Below are positions 1 to 8,813 of a stretch of DNA of 64,000 nt, piece by piece. A model generated the notes under the pieces. It was not told where the DNA came from. It saw only the letters and a list, made by a program, of their open reading frames with translations, and did not search any database. A program made the position numbers and the translations under genes. The DNA is from Promethearchaeia archaeon (lineage in GTDB: Archaea; Asgardarchaeota; Lokiarchaeia; Sigyniarchaeales; SOKP01): positions 1 to 64,000 of the forward strand of contig JAHQWK010000012.1 in the NCBI GenBank assembly GCA_029856145.1, read 5' to 3'. Each line of letters opens with the position of its first letter. The first letter of the stretch is position 1.

Positions 1-501
1 AGTTCTGGAGAACCAATATATAGCAGTCTGATTTCTGATGCATTACCCATTTACAATTTATTCTATGAATGGATGAATGAAAATAGTCTAAAAGATTCTC
101 TTTTTCTATTAGGACGTTCACTTGGGAGTGCTTGTGCCTCTGAGATTGGGGCCCATAATCCAAGTGGTTTACGTGGAATAATATTTGAAAGTGGATTTGC
201 TAGTATGTATAATATGATGACAAGATTATTTAGAGTTAGTGGTCCTGGTGTTACACCTGAGGGTTTGAGTGAATATTCAAATGATACAAGAATTAGAAAA
301 TTCCAAAAGCCAGTTTTAATTATTCATGGCACTGAAGATTGGATTATTCCTTTTGATGAAGGAAAACTAATCTATGAATGTATCCCTGGAGATGTTGAGA
401 AAAAATTAGTACTGATTGAAGGTGCTGGACATAATAATATCTTTTCTTTTAAGGAGGAATATACTACTCCGTTGAAAGATTTTATTCAAAAAAATAAATA
501 A
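1..501 (+). CDS. Alpha/beta hydrolase (ABHD13/17-like), 5'-truncated by the window
   Basis: Frame 1 is open from base 1; GRSLG nucleophile elbow, IHGTED and GAGHN complete the catalytic triad. Confidence 0.85.
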   Translation, partial: SSGEPIYSSLISDALPIYNLFYEWMNENSLKDSLFLLGRSLGSACASEIGAHNPSGLRGIIFESGFASMYNMMTRLFRVSGPGVTPEGLSEYSNDTRIRKFQKPVLIIHGTEDWIIPFDEGKLIYECIPGDVEKKLVLIEGAGHNNIFSFKEEYTTPLKDFIQKNK

Positions 502-607
502 TTACTAATCCTCACATATTCTTTAAAAATTGGACTAAAGATCATTTTATTACTATTTCAGTTTTTATTCAATCAAGAATAAACATCTTATTTTTAGTGA
601 ATAATTT

Positions 608-925
608 TTGCCTGAAAGAAATCTTAATTTTTGTCCATATTGTGGGAGGAAATTACCTAAATCTAAAAATTATAAGGCATATTACTGTTGTTTTTGTGGA
701 AAAAAATTTCAGCGTAGGCTAGAATTTTTAATGAAAAAAGTTCAATGTATAATTTGTCATAAGATAGTTGATCCAAATAGGCATATAACAATTAGATGTT
801 CTTATTGTGGAGGTATGTATCATTCTATATGTGTATCCTCTTGGTTGCTAAAATATAATGCATGTCCTATGTGCCAGAATGTTTTTCTTTTTCCAAATAA
901 GATTATACCTATAAGAAAAGAATAA
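608..925 (+). CDS. Zn-ribbon + C4HC3 RING-variant protein (putative E3 ligase-like)
   Basis: CPYCG..CCFCG ribbon; CIIC-x13-CSYC-x4-H-x2-C-x3-W-x6-CPMC. Confidence 0.75.
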   Translation: MPERNLNFCPYCGRKLPKSKNYKAYYCCFCGKKFQRRLEFLMKKVQCIICHKIVDPNRHITIRCSYCGGMYHSICVSSWLLKYNACPMCQNVFLFPNKIIPIRKE

Positions 926-952
926 GAAAAAATAAAAAGGATTTAAAATTAC

Positions 953-1585
953 TTATTTTTTTAAGATAAAAGCTCCTGTTTCAACAAACCAAAATAAGTT
1001 TGCAAAAAGAAATAACCACTCAGCAACAACTTTAGCTTCAACAAGTAAAGTTGGCTCCACTCTGTTAATAAAAAATAGTATAAAGTATAATAGAAAGAAA
1101 AATGCTACAACCACATTAAATAATGCTTGCCATAGAGGAAATTCTGATAGTTTATATTCAAGATAAGCATAACTAAATAAGTATAAAATTCCCGGGAAGA
1201 AGAAAACGTATTGTGCAATATCGTGTAAGGCATCAAAGTCTCTAGTATTGAATAACGCCAACATTAAAATACCTATGGCTGAAACAATACCTAAAATACA
1301 ACCAATCCCTGTTCCCTTAGTAGAAGCACCTTTTTCTTGCAAATATCTGGTAAAACCTAATATAAACATTATCATAAATAACCCAGTTATGAACCAACAA
1401 ACACTAAAGAAAATAGCTAAGTCATTCCATCCTGGTACAGCCAAATCACTAACAAAAGTGGTTAATAAACTGAAACCGTTATGAACTAACATCGCTGGGA
1501 TTGCTCCAATAAGAAAAATAGCAATTCCAATAAAACCAAAATAACTTGCATGAAGTTTTTCGAATACCTTATCTAATTTTTCCAT
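953..1585 (-). CDS. Frag1/DRAM/Sfk1- or DUF998-like multi-pass membrane protein
   Basis: About 6 hydrophobic segments with VSDLA, H-x2-A-x3-FF and C-terminal AEW motifs. Confidence 0.6.
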   Translation of the reverse strand: MEKLDKVFEKLHASYFGFIGIAIFLIGAIPAMLVHNGFSLLTTFVSDLAVPGWNDLAIFFSVCWFITGLFMIMFILGFTRYLQEKGASTKGTGIGCILGIVSAIGILMLALFNTRDFDALHDIAQYVFFFPGILYLFSYAYLEYKLSEFPLWQALFNVVVAFFFLLYFILFFINRVEPTLLVEAKVVAEWLFLFANLFWFVETGAFILKK

Positions 1586-1685
1586 GATTTTTTATCAATC
1601 TGATTTTAAAATTAATTTTTAAAAAGATATAGATCAGAAGTAATATTTATATTTAATAGAATAAGGAAGCTAGTTTATTGTATAA

Positions 1686-1904
1686 TTACTCGAACAAAAA
1701 TTCTGATATTAGAATTTTTTGGAATTTTGAATCTCTTTCTTCAAAAGTTATGCATTCTTCTCCAGAATAAATGTCTGGGAGAGAATTTTTTCTAAAGATC
1801 AATGAGAAGGGTATGATTAAATTTGAAATATTTAGAAAATCACTTGGACAATCTATTTCATTTCTACCAATTTGAATCTTTTTATTTAATACCTCTAAAC
1901 CCAC
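1686..1904 (-). CDS. Small hypothetical protein, IPFS-DIYSG family member 1
   Basis: Aligns with the ORFs at 2004, 2432 and 8008 (IIPFS...DIYSG.E.I.F.ER...IL..EF). Confidence 0.65.
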   Translation of the reverse strand: MGLEVLNKKIQIGRNEIDCPSDFLNISNLIIPFSLIFRKNSLPDIYSGEECITFEERDSKFQKILISEFLFE

Positions 1905-2003
1905 TTTTCATCTCACATTGATTTCTTTTTAATATTTCAATAAAAATTTATTCATTTAAATTGGAAGTCCCGACAAATTTAGTGATAAATCAAGAATCAA
2001 GAA

Positions 2004-2300
2004 TCATTCAATCAAGAATTCTTCCCTTAAAATATGTTTAAATTTAGAATTGAATTCTTTCTTTGAATTTTCTTTTTCAAGTGAATAGATATCAACTGGG
2101 AACTTTTCATTATAAATATTTAAGACTAATATTATCAAATTTGAAATATTGGAAAAGCATACTTGTGAATTTTTAGAATTAAATAAATCTGCTACGAGCT
2201 TGGAAAGTAAAATAAACTTCTTTCTTTGGATTATTTTTTTGTTAGATGGAGTTTCTTGTTTAAAAACATTTTGTAAAAAACTTTCTACTTTTCTTTCAAT
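2004..2300 (-). CDS. Small hypothetical protein, family member 2; not in ORF track (ATT start or degraded start)
   Basis: Manual translation: frame open 2321->2004, ending ...SNISNLIILVLNIYNEKFPVDIYSLEKENSKKEFNSKFKHILREEFLIE*. Confidence 0.55.
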   Translation of the reverse strand: MERKVESFLQNVFKQETPSNKKIIQRKKFILLSKLVADLFNSKNSQVCFSNISNLIILVLNIYNEKFPVDIYSLEKENSKKEFNSKFKHILREEFLIE

Positions 2301-2431
2301 TGTACGAGAATTTAAGCCCCTTTAGAATTAATCTCTTTTATGAAATATCTTTATAAAAATATAAAAACAGATTGTATTTTTCTAAAAAGTGTAAGCTAGC
2401 TTTAATGTCTCCATTTTAAGAACTAGTATAT

Positions 2432-2671
2432 TTAAGAAAAACATTTCACTAAATTCTTTTTATATGTTAAGAATTCCTGAATAAAAAGGGCTTGATATTT
2501 TGGATGTCTTTCGTTGAATGGGATATTTTCGGTTCCAATGTAAATATATTTTGATTTTGTAGATTCACTAATATTTGAAAAAGGAATGAATCCTCTTGAA
2601 TAATCTAAAATGAGTTGTTGATCTGTAGGTTCAAATCTTTCTTGAAATATTCTATCGATATCTCTAATCAT
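2432..2671 (-). CDS. Small hypothetical protein, family member 3
   Basis: FIPFS...YIYIGTENIPFNERHPKYQALFIQEF matches the family consensus. Confidence 0.65.
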   Translation of the reverse strand: MIRDIDRIFQERFEPTDQQLILDYSRGFIPFSNISESTKSKYIYIGTENIPFNERHPKYQALFIQEFLTYKKNLVKCFS

Positions 2672-2843
2672 AAATATTTTCTCTTAATGGAAGTTTTTAG
2701 ATTGTTTTAATGTTAATTACTCAAATAATAAATTGTATATATTTAAGAAACTAGAAAAACAAAGGTTTTTATATAAAAAGCTTTAAAATTCCACTTATTC
2801 TGGGGATTTAAAGGAATAAAATAATCATAAACCCCTTTATATC

Positions 2844-3065
2844 TTAAGAAATTCTTGTGTAAACAATGGAATTAGAAAATGTATATATATTATTTTTTCT
2901 TAAATTATTTTGATTAAAATTTAAAAGTAAAAGATTAAAAAAACCTGCATTTGATGAGAGTAATTTTTCAGCAGATATTGCAGCATATATTCCTAAATTT
3001 AACTCATATAGATCGAAATAAATAGATTCAAAATCTAACTTTTTAATTTCCATATTCATCTCCAA
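2844..3065 (-). CDS. Small hypothetical protein, possible distant family member
   Basis: Co-oriented in the same array; weak NLLLL...NIYT similarity. Confidence 0.35.
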   Translation of the reverse strand: MEMNMEIKKLDFESIYFDLYELNLGIYAAISAEKLLSSNAGFFNLLLLNFNQNNLRKNNIYTFSNSIVYTRIS

Positions 3066-3088
3066 ATTTATTCTTGATTTATTAATTT

Positions 3089-3409
3089 TTAATCAGATAC
3101 CCTTTCTACTTTAAAGCAAACAGGACGGATGCCATCAGGACAAGCGGTATAGATCATATTCTCTCCTGTCCAATCGGAGAAGTTCCCGCCACATCTTAAA
3201 ATGTTGATATTCTTATATAATCCATACCAAGCATGATGGCAGAATCCATCTGGCATGTTTCCTGTTTCATCCACAATAAACTCTAACCCTTCTTGCATAC
3301 CACATTTAGAAATTGGCTTTCCATCTGGACGGATAAATTCATGTCCAAGTATATCTTCGGGGCCAAATTGTTTTACCACAGTTATTTTAATCTTACTCAA
3401 TAATATCAC
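3089..3409 (-). CDS. TIGR04076-like Cys-containing protein
   Basis: KITV, C..GxEF, MPDGFCHHAW and ACPDGIRPVCFKVER motifs; real start probably the TTG before SKIKITV. Confidence 0.8.
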   Translation of the reverse strand: MILLSKIKITVVKQFGPEDILGHEFIRPDGKPISKCGMQEGLEFIVDETGNMPDGFCHHAWYGLYKNINILRCGGNFSDWTGENMIYTACPDGIRPVCFKVERVSD

Positions 3410-3430
3410 ACCTTTTTATTTTTTTCAAGA

Positions 3431-3742
3431 TTATTCGGGAATTCTTTCTAATTTGAAACAAACAGGTTTTCGTCCATCTGAACAAGAGACATGTTGAACT
3501 CCTTCTTCATGGCCATAAAAATTTCCATTAAAATAAAGCACAGACAAATCTTTATAGATATCTCTCCACGCCCAACCGCAAAAGCCTTCTGGCATTTTTT
3601 CGATATGTTCAACAATAAAGTCTTGACCTTCTTCAAAAGCACTACATGTCGAAATTTTAGTACCAGATGTGGAGTAAACTTCATGCCCAAATACATCAAT
3701 AGGACTAAATTTTTTAATTACTGTAATTTTTACTTTTGAAAT
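3431..3742 (-). CDS. TIGR04076-like paralog missed by ORF track (probable ATT start)
   Basis: Manual translation (I)SKVKITVIKKFSPIDVFGHE...CSAFEEGQDFIV..MPEGFCGWAWRDIYK...SCSDGRKPVCFKLERIPE*; colinear with 3089..3409. Confidence 0.85.
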   Translation of the reverse strand: MSKVKITVIKKFSPIDVFGHEVYSTSGTKISTCSAFEEGQDFIVEHIEKMPEGFCGWAWRDIYKDLSVLYFNGNFYGHEEGVQHVSCSDGRKPVCFKLERIPE

Positions 3743-3873
3743 TCTAATTCATCTCTTTCGGATTTTTAGAGTTTGAAAATATCGTAGTCATTATTTTATG
3801 GTTGAAATTTATATTAAACTCAATTTACCTTAAATTAATTAAGATAATGAAATTAGATAATTTATAGTTTAAA

Positions 3874-3890
3874 CCATTGAACTTCAATGG
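3874..3890. promoter_or_regulatory. Perfect inverted repeat CCATTGAA-C-TTCAATGG, candidate operator
   Basis: 8-bp arms with 1-nt spacer, intergenic, about 130 bp upstream of the TIGR04076-like pair. Confidence 0.4.
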
Positions 3891-3966
3891 AAGTTGGAAG
3901 ATTTTGTGAACTTTAAAATCAAATATCTATTAAAAAAAAGAAAAAAAAATATTGTTTATTTGTAGA

Positions 3967-5382
3967 TTAATCCTTTTTTACAAAGGAGATAATAAATATT
4001 CCGATTCCCATTATAATACCAACAGAGATCATAGCCCAACCATATGCTGCTTTACCAATTAAATCGTAGGTTAACATAACAGTGCCCCAAATAAAAGGAC
4101 CTAATGCTGAAGAAAGTTTTCCACTTAACTTAGAAAAACCAAAAAATTCTCCAAATTTCTCTTTGGGAGCGAGTTCTATTACCATGATTCGTTGTGCTAC
4201 CCATGTTCCTCCAAGAGCGGGACCTGCTACAATACCCATCAAAATACTCAATATAAAGGGGATATTTCCACCGATATCTATAGATTGCGTTGTAAATACT
4301 AATGTGACACCTAAACTTAACGCAATTCCCCACAAAACGCCTACAAGGTAAAATGTTTTTTTTGCACCATATTTTTGACCAAATTTTCCTACAAAATAAG
4401 TAAAGGCAACTGCTGACATGGTAGCGATTATTATAAAAAGGATAGCAAATAAGGTTGCTCCACCTGCGATAACCAAACCATCAGTAACTATTGGTGTCAT
4501 ATAGAGAACTATAACATTAGCAATGTCAGCGACAAAGAAATAACCAATAATAAAAATAAACATTGATTTATGTTTTCTTATATCCTTAAATGTACTACCT
4601 AACTGTTTGAAAGTGTTTTTGATTAATGTACCTATAGGTGGTCTTTTACGTATTTTCTGTTTTTCGCGAACATAAAGAAATGGAATTACACAAACTAAAA
4701 AAAGAACCATAGGTATAAGAAACGTAAACCAGTATCCTGCAAATCCATATTGTATCGGCGGATCTCCGGGTAATACAGGTGGAGTTGATACTGTATCGCC
4801 TAATAACTCTATTAATGGATACATAATAACGAGAGCGAGAATAGTACCCAGATAGCCCCAAGCAACCCCAAATCCTGCAACTTTTCCTATATCATCTCTC
4901 TTAGCAATAAATGGAAGCATTGCATCATAAAAAGTCAAACTAAATTGATAAGCAACATTTGCTATTACGTATAATATTAAAACTGTTGTTAGACTATGAA
5001 AAAATCCAAGTAAACTCGCAAAGAGAAGAATTATGCCTGTTAAACTTAGAACAAAAGGTTTTCGCTTTCCTACGTTATCACTTAGTGCCCCCAAAATAGG
5101 TACACAAATAGCCACTCCAAACTGCATTAAGAAACTGACCGTACCATAGAGGAAACTAACCTCACCATAAGACATTCCATATTCTAACTGACCAATCACC
5201 AGTATGTAACGATTAATAATTAAACTCACGATTACCATAGAGTAAATTGTGTTGGCTAGGTCATACATTGCCCAAAAGAACACATTTCGTCTATTAGTTG
5301 TGGTTTCATATTCTACTTCTTCATTACTAAGAATTTCAGAAGGAGTAGATATATCATTTTTTTCTTTTGACATATTATTCAC
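3967..5382 (-). CDS. MFS transporter (UMF1/Atg22-like)
   Basis: WAMYDLAN, GALSDNVGKRK, FYDAMLP and EFFGF motifs; about 12 TM. Confidence 0.85.
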   Translation of the reverse strand: MNNMSKEKNDISTPSEILSNEEVEYETTTNRRNVFFWAMYDLANTIYSMVIVSLIINRYILVIGQLEYGMSYGEVSFLYGTVSFLMQFGVAICVPILGALSDNVGKRKPFVLSLTGIILLFASLLGFFHSLTTVLILYVIANVAYQFSLTFYDAMLPFIAKRDDIGKVAGFGVAWGYLGTILALVIMYPLIELLGDTVSTPPVLPGDPPIQYGFAGYWFTFLIPMVLFLVCVIPFLYVREKQKIRKRPPIGTLIKNTFKQLGSTFKDIRKHKSMFIFIIGYFFVADIANVIVLYMTPIVTDGLVIAGGATLFAILFIIIATMSAVAFTYFVGKFGQKYGAKKTFYLVGVLWGIALSLGVTLVFTTQSIDIGGNIPFILSILMGIVAGPALGGTWVAQRIMVIELAPKEKFGEFFGFSKLSGKLSSALGPFIWGTVMLTYDLIGKAAYGWAMISVGIIMGIGIFIISFVKKD

Positions 5383-5589
5383 TTTTCGTTAGATTAAATT
5401 TATGAATACTAGTGAAATTTTATTGTTTAAAAAAGTTTATATAAAGTATTTTTATTTTTAACCCTCAATTTTCATTTAAATCATTTTTTTTGTAAAATGT
5501 TTTTATCAAACTTATTATCTAAATAAAATTTAGACTAATCTTGGCATTTTCTTTCTTAAAAAAGAAAAATATATAAAAAAATTAACTAC

Positions 5590-6921
5590 TTGTTTATTTT
5601 TAGATCATTTTTAATTTACCTACAAAATGTGAAAAAAGAGATGAATAAAACAAAATCTAGTTTCTCGTTTACTGAGCTAAAAAAGAAAATTGGTTCGAAA
5701 TCTCTAATCGCTCTTATTACAATCAACATATTGATAAATTTATTTTTTATACAGAGTCTGAGAGGCTTTTTTCCAGCTTTACGTATAGCATTATTTCATG
5801 TTGTATTTGGAGAAGAGGTTCTGGTGAATTTCATTTCCTTATTAGCTTTAATTTTCTTATTTTTGCCAGGTTTGACTAATACAATCTGTAAGAAGATTGA
5901 TAAAGGGCGTATAATGATCATATCTATTTATATCATTGTTATTGTGAGACTTTTTTGGGCTTTTCATTTACCATTTAATTTAGAATTAATTTATTCGGGA
6001 ATAATAATAGCGTGTTATGGTTTTTACATGAGCACATTCCTTACAGTATGGACAGAAGAAAGTGATGATATTGAAGTAAATCATAAAATTATAATCATTA
6101 TATTTTCCTTTTTTAGCGCCTTCCTTATTGACTATTTAATAAGAACAATTGGTTTTTCTCAAGATATTTCGCTATTACCACCAGGTTTAATCGCAGATTG
6201 GCGTCTAACACAGTACATTTGGTTATTTATTCAAATACCGTTAAGCATTTTATGTATATATTTAACAAAAATACATTTCCCGAGATTTTCAATAAAAAAT
6301 AATATATCTCCTAAAGAAGAGAATAAGAGCAATAATCGTAGTACATTATATTCTCTAATTTTTACAGGGATTGGGATGTTTTTATTCCTCCTATTTAATC
6401 TTTTTCTCTATCCAAGTGGAATTGGGCAATTTACTGACACTAATTATTTTTTCAATAATATTTTGAACATAGTTTCTGTAATGATTGTAATTTATATACT
6501 GGTTTATGTAAAAATCGAAATAATTTCAAATAAATTGATTATCGGAATCTTGAATGGTTTTATGATTTTATCGCTATGTTTATTCTTTACGATTGGAAAA
6601 GATTTAACGTATATTGCAAGTATTTTAATTTCAATTTCACTCATAGTCATGTATCTAAACTTCTATTTGTTATTCATCCGACTATCAAAAATAAATTTCA
6701 AATGGGAGAAAGTAAAAACAATTTCTAACGGTTTAACGATAGGATTAGCGTTTTTGGTATTGTTTTCCTTCCTACACGCTTTTACAACAGAGTGGGCAGC
6801 GATAATTACCGCGATGAGAGGTTTAGGACCCTTGATAATGATTTTAGCAGGAATTATTTTTTCTATTTCAACTATCTATGCAATTATTATTAAATCAAAT
6901 GAGGAGGTTATAAAAAGATGA
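5590..6921 (+). CDS. Polytopic membrane protein coupled to the EEP gene (Cwh43 TM-region-like)
   Basis: About 12 TM; ATGA overlap with the next gene; start may be ATG 5641. Confidence 0.7.
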   Translation: MFIFRSFLIYLQNVKKEMNKTKSSFSFTELKKKIGSKSLIALITINILINLFFIQSLRGFFPALRIALFHVVFGEEVLVNFISLLALIFLFLPGLTNTICKKIDKGRIMIISIYIIVIVRLFWAFHLPFNLELIYSGIIIACYGFYMSTFLTVWTEESDDIEVNHKIIIIIFSFFSAFLIDYLIRTIGFSQDISLLPPGLIADWRLTQYIWLFIQIPLSILCIYLTKIHFPRFSIKNNISPKEENKSNNRSTLYSLIFTGIGMFLFLLFNLFLYPSGIGQFTDTNYFFNNILNIVSVMIVIYILVYVKIEIISNKLIIGILNGFMILSLCLFFTIGKDLTYIASILISISLIVMYLNFYLLFIRLSKINFKWEKVKTISNGLTIGLAFLVLFSFLHAFTTEWAAIITAMRGLGPLIMILAGIIFSISTIYAIIIKSNEEVIKR

Positions 6922-7775
6922 ATAAAAAACGTAGAATCATTTTCATAAGTTTATTTTGTACGCCACTTATTATCTCTTTTGTGATGTTTGGTATCAGTGA
7001 GCTTCCTATAGAAAGCCCCTCTCCAAAAAATGAATTCAAGTTCATGACCTATAATATTCATTTTGGTGTAGGGATGGATGATTTATTAAACTTAGAGAGA
7101 ATAGCACAGAATATTCTAAGTGAAGATATCGATCCAGATATAATAGGCCTCCAAGAAGTAGAAAATGGAAGAATGACTTCCCAAGGAATAGATATGGCAT
7201 TCTGGTTGGCAAAAAGACTTAACATGTATTATTTTTATTTTCCTGCAGTAAATGAACATGCATACGGATTAGCACTTCTAAGTAAATATCCAATATTATC
7301 GGCAAGCGGATATCAGATTCCCAGTATTTCTTTAGAGAGGGTTTTAATTCATGGAGTTATTAAATTAAATGAAACTCTTGAGATAGATGTATTTGTAACC
7401 CACCTAGGGCTTATAAATTGGGATGAAGATTTGGCAGCTCAAGTTAATTTTGTTATTCAAAAAACAAATGAGGTTAATGTAACTTCTACAAAAATTCTCA
7501 TGGGGGATTTTAATTTGGAATATAACTCTTCTCAAATTCTTCCAGTATATGCATACTTTAATGATACATTAGGTGGAGTTCCAAGGCCTAAAACATTTCC
7601 AAGTATAAATTTATTTGATGAATCAACAAAAAGTATTGATTACATATTTGCAGCGGGATTTAAAGTCATTGTTGATGGTCATGCACTCACAGATTTTTTA
7701 CCAGGTAATAGTCCCTCTGAATTCGGTTCTGATCACTTGCCCGTGGTATCAACTTTAACCTTCTACCAAAATTAA
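6918..7775 (+). CDS. Membrane-anchored endonuclease/exonuclease/phosphatase (EEP) protein, Cwh43/PGAP2IP C-domain-like
   Basis: N-terminal TM; TYNIHFG, GLQEV, LLSKYPI, THL, GDFN, IDYIF and SDHLPV motifs. Confidence 0.85.
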   Translation: MNKKRRIIFISLFCTPLIISFVMFGISELPIESPSPKNEFKFMTYNIHFGVGMDDLLNLERIAQNILSEDIDPDIIGLQEVENGRMTSQGIDMAFWLAKRLNMYYFYFPAVNEHAYGLALLSKYPILSASGYQIPSISLERVLIHGVIKLNETLEIDVFVTHLGLINWDEDLAAQVNFVIQKTNEVNVTSTKILMGDFNLEYNSSQILPVYAYFNDTLGGVPRPKTFPSINLFDESTKSIDYIFAAGFKVIVDGHALTDFLPGNSPSEFGSDHLPVVSTLTFYQN

Positions 7776-7845
7776 ACAAAATTTTTTTCTTTTTCATTAC
7801 TTAATTTTATCCAATTATTAAATTTTAAAGAAAAAATAGTTGTGA

Positions 7846-7959
7846 TCAGTAATCATAAACCTTACATGTTGGGTTTGTAATTCCCCTATTGACGAGTCAA
7901 AACACGTGAAACAAAGTGAAGTAAAAGAAAAACTAGATATTAAAAAGGCAAAAGATTGA
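7846..7959 (+). pseudogene. Probable gene remnant (CWVCNSPIDESK... tail)
   Basis: Manual translation SVIINLTCWVCNSPIDESKHVKQSEVKEKLDIKKAKD*; no ATG/GTG/TTG upstream of the CxxC, stop immediately upstream. Confidence 0.35.
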
Positions 7960-8007
7960 ATCTTTGTATAGTTCTATTGAAATAAGGCATACTTTTGAAT
8001 TATCTAT

Positions 8008-8232
8008 TTAATGTAGTTTCATACAATTTGCAAACTCTTGCCTTAATATTATTTTATATTCAGGATTTCTTTCTTTAAACGGAATCTTTTCTGCTCCTGA
8101 ATAAATATCAGTAGATTCATATTTCCTAAAGAGTCGTGAAAAAGGAATAATAATTTCAGAAATATCAAAATGATCTTCAGAAAGTTCCTTATAAAAATTT
8201 TCATTATGTAATTTTCCTGAAATCATTTCCAT
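8008..8232 (-). CDS. Small hypothetical protein, family member 4
   Basis: IIIPFS..DIYSGAEKIPFKER..YKIILRQEF; SD-like GTGGT; 9 bp downstream of the RHH gene. Confidence 0.7.
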   Translation of the reverse strand: MEMISGKLHNENFYKELSEDHFDISEIIIPFSRLFRKYESTDIYSGAEKIPFKERNPEYKIILRQEFANCMKLH

Positions 8233-8241
8233 ACCACTTCC

Positions 8242-8667
8242 TTATTCTTTTATGATTAATTTTCCCCTAATTCGGAGTTTAACGCCTAACTTTTCTAACT
8301 TGTTTTTATGTTCAAAAATTATATTTCTTAAAATCTTACGGCTAATTTCTAGTTGTTCGGCTAAAATATCAAATTCAATCTCATTGAAAAGTTCTGAATA
8401 TCTCACTAGCTTTTGAATTGATTCTTGGATAACTTGATTATAATCAGTTATTTCAATTTCTCTGGTAATATCATTTAAATCTATATCATAATTGCTTTTT
8501 AATATATTTGGGTTGCCTTCAATCCAATTATGTATAAGATTACGAACTGTTTCTGAACGTGATTGCTTTCTTTTTTTTGCCATCGTGGTTATTACTCTTT
8601 CATCAAAGGCATCTAGACTGAAAGTAATTCTAGATAAATCTGATGATTTTTTTGTATCTGATGGCAT
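8242..8667 (-). CDS. Ribbon-helix-helix (CopG-like) DNA-binding protein with C-terminal HTH-like region
   Basis: RITFSLD...MAKKRKQSRSETVRNLI follows the RHH pattern. Confidence 0.75.
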   Translation of the reverse strand: MPSDTKKSSDLSRITFSLDAFDERVITTMAKKRKQSRSETVRNLIHNWIEGNPNILKSNYDIDLNDITREIEITDYNQVIQESIQKLVRYSELFNEIEFDILAEQLEISRKILRNIIFEHKNKLEKLGVKLRIRGKLIIKE

Positions 8668-8740
8668 ATATTAAGAAACCCGACAAAATTTTTTGCTTAT
8701 TATTTACATTTTTTTTCGAATATTTAAATGTTCGCCTTTT

Positions 8741-8783
8741 ATGATCATTTGATGCATCACTGAAGATGCATAGATTTATAAAT
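8741..8783. promoter_or_regulatory. Palindrome cluster plus TATA box in divergent promoter
   Basis: ATGATCAT, GATGCATC, GATGCATA followed by TTTATAAAT. Confidence 0.4.
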
Positions 8784-8813
8784 GAGGAGGATCATATAAT
8801 ATTCATATAATAT

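Noticed and set aside
3448-3739. Track ORFs 3448..3699(-), 3491..3739(+) and 3255..3497(+)
   Set aside because: They overlap the true TIGR04076-like frames 3431..3742 and 3089..3409
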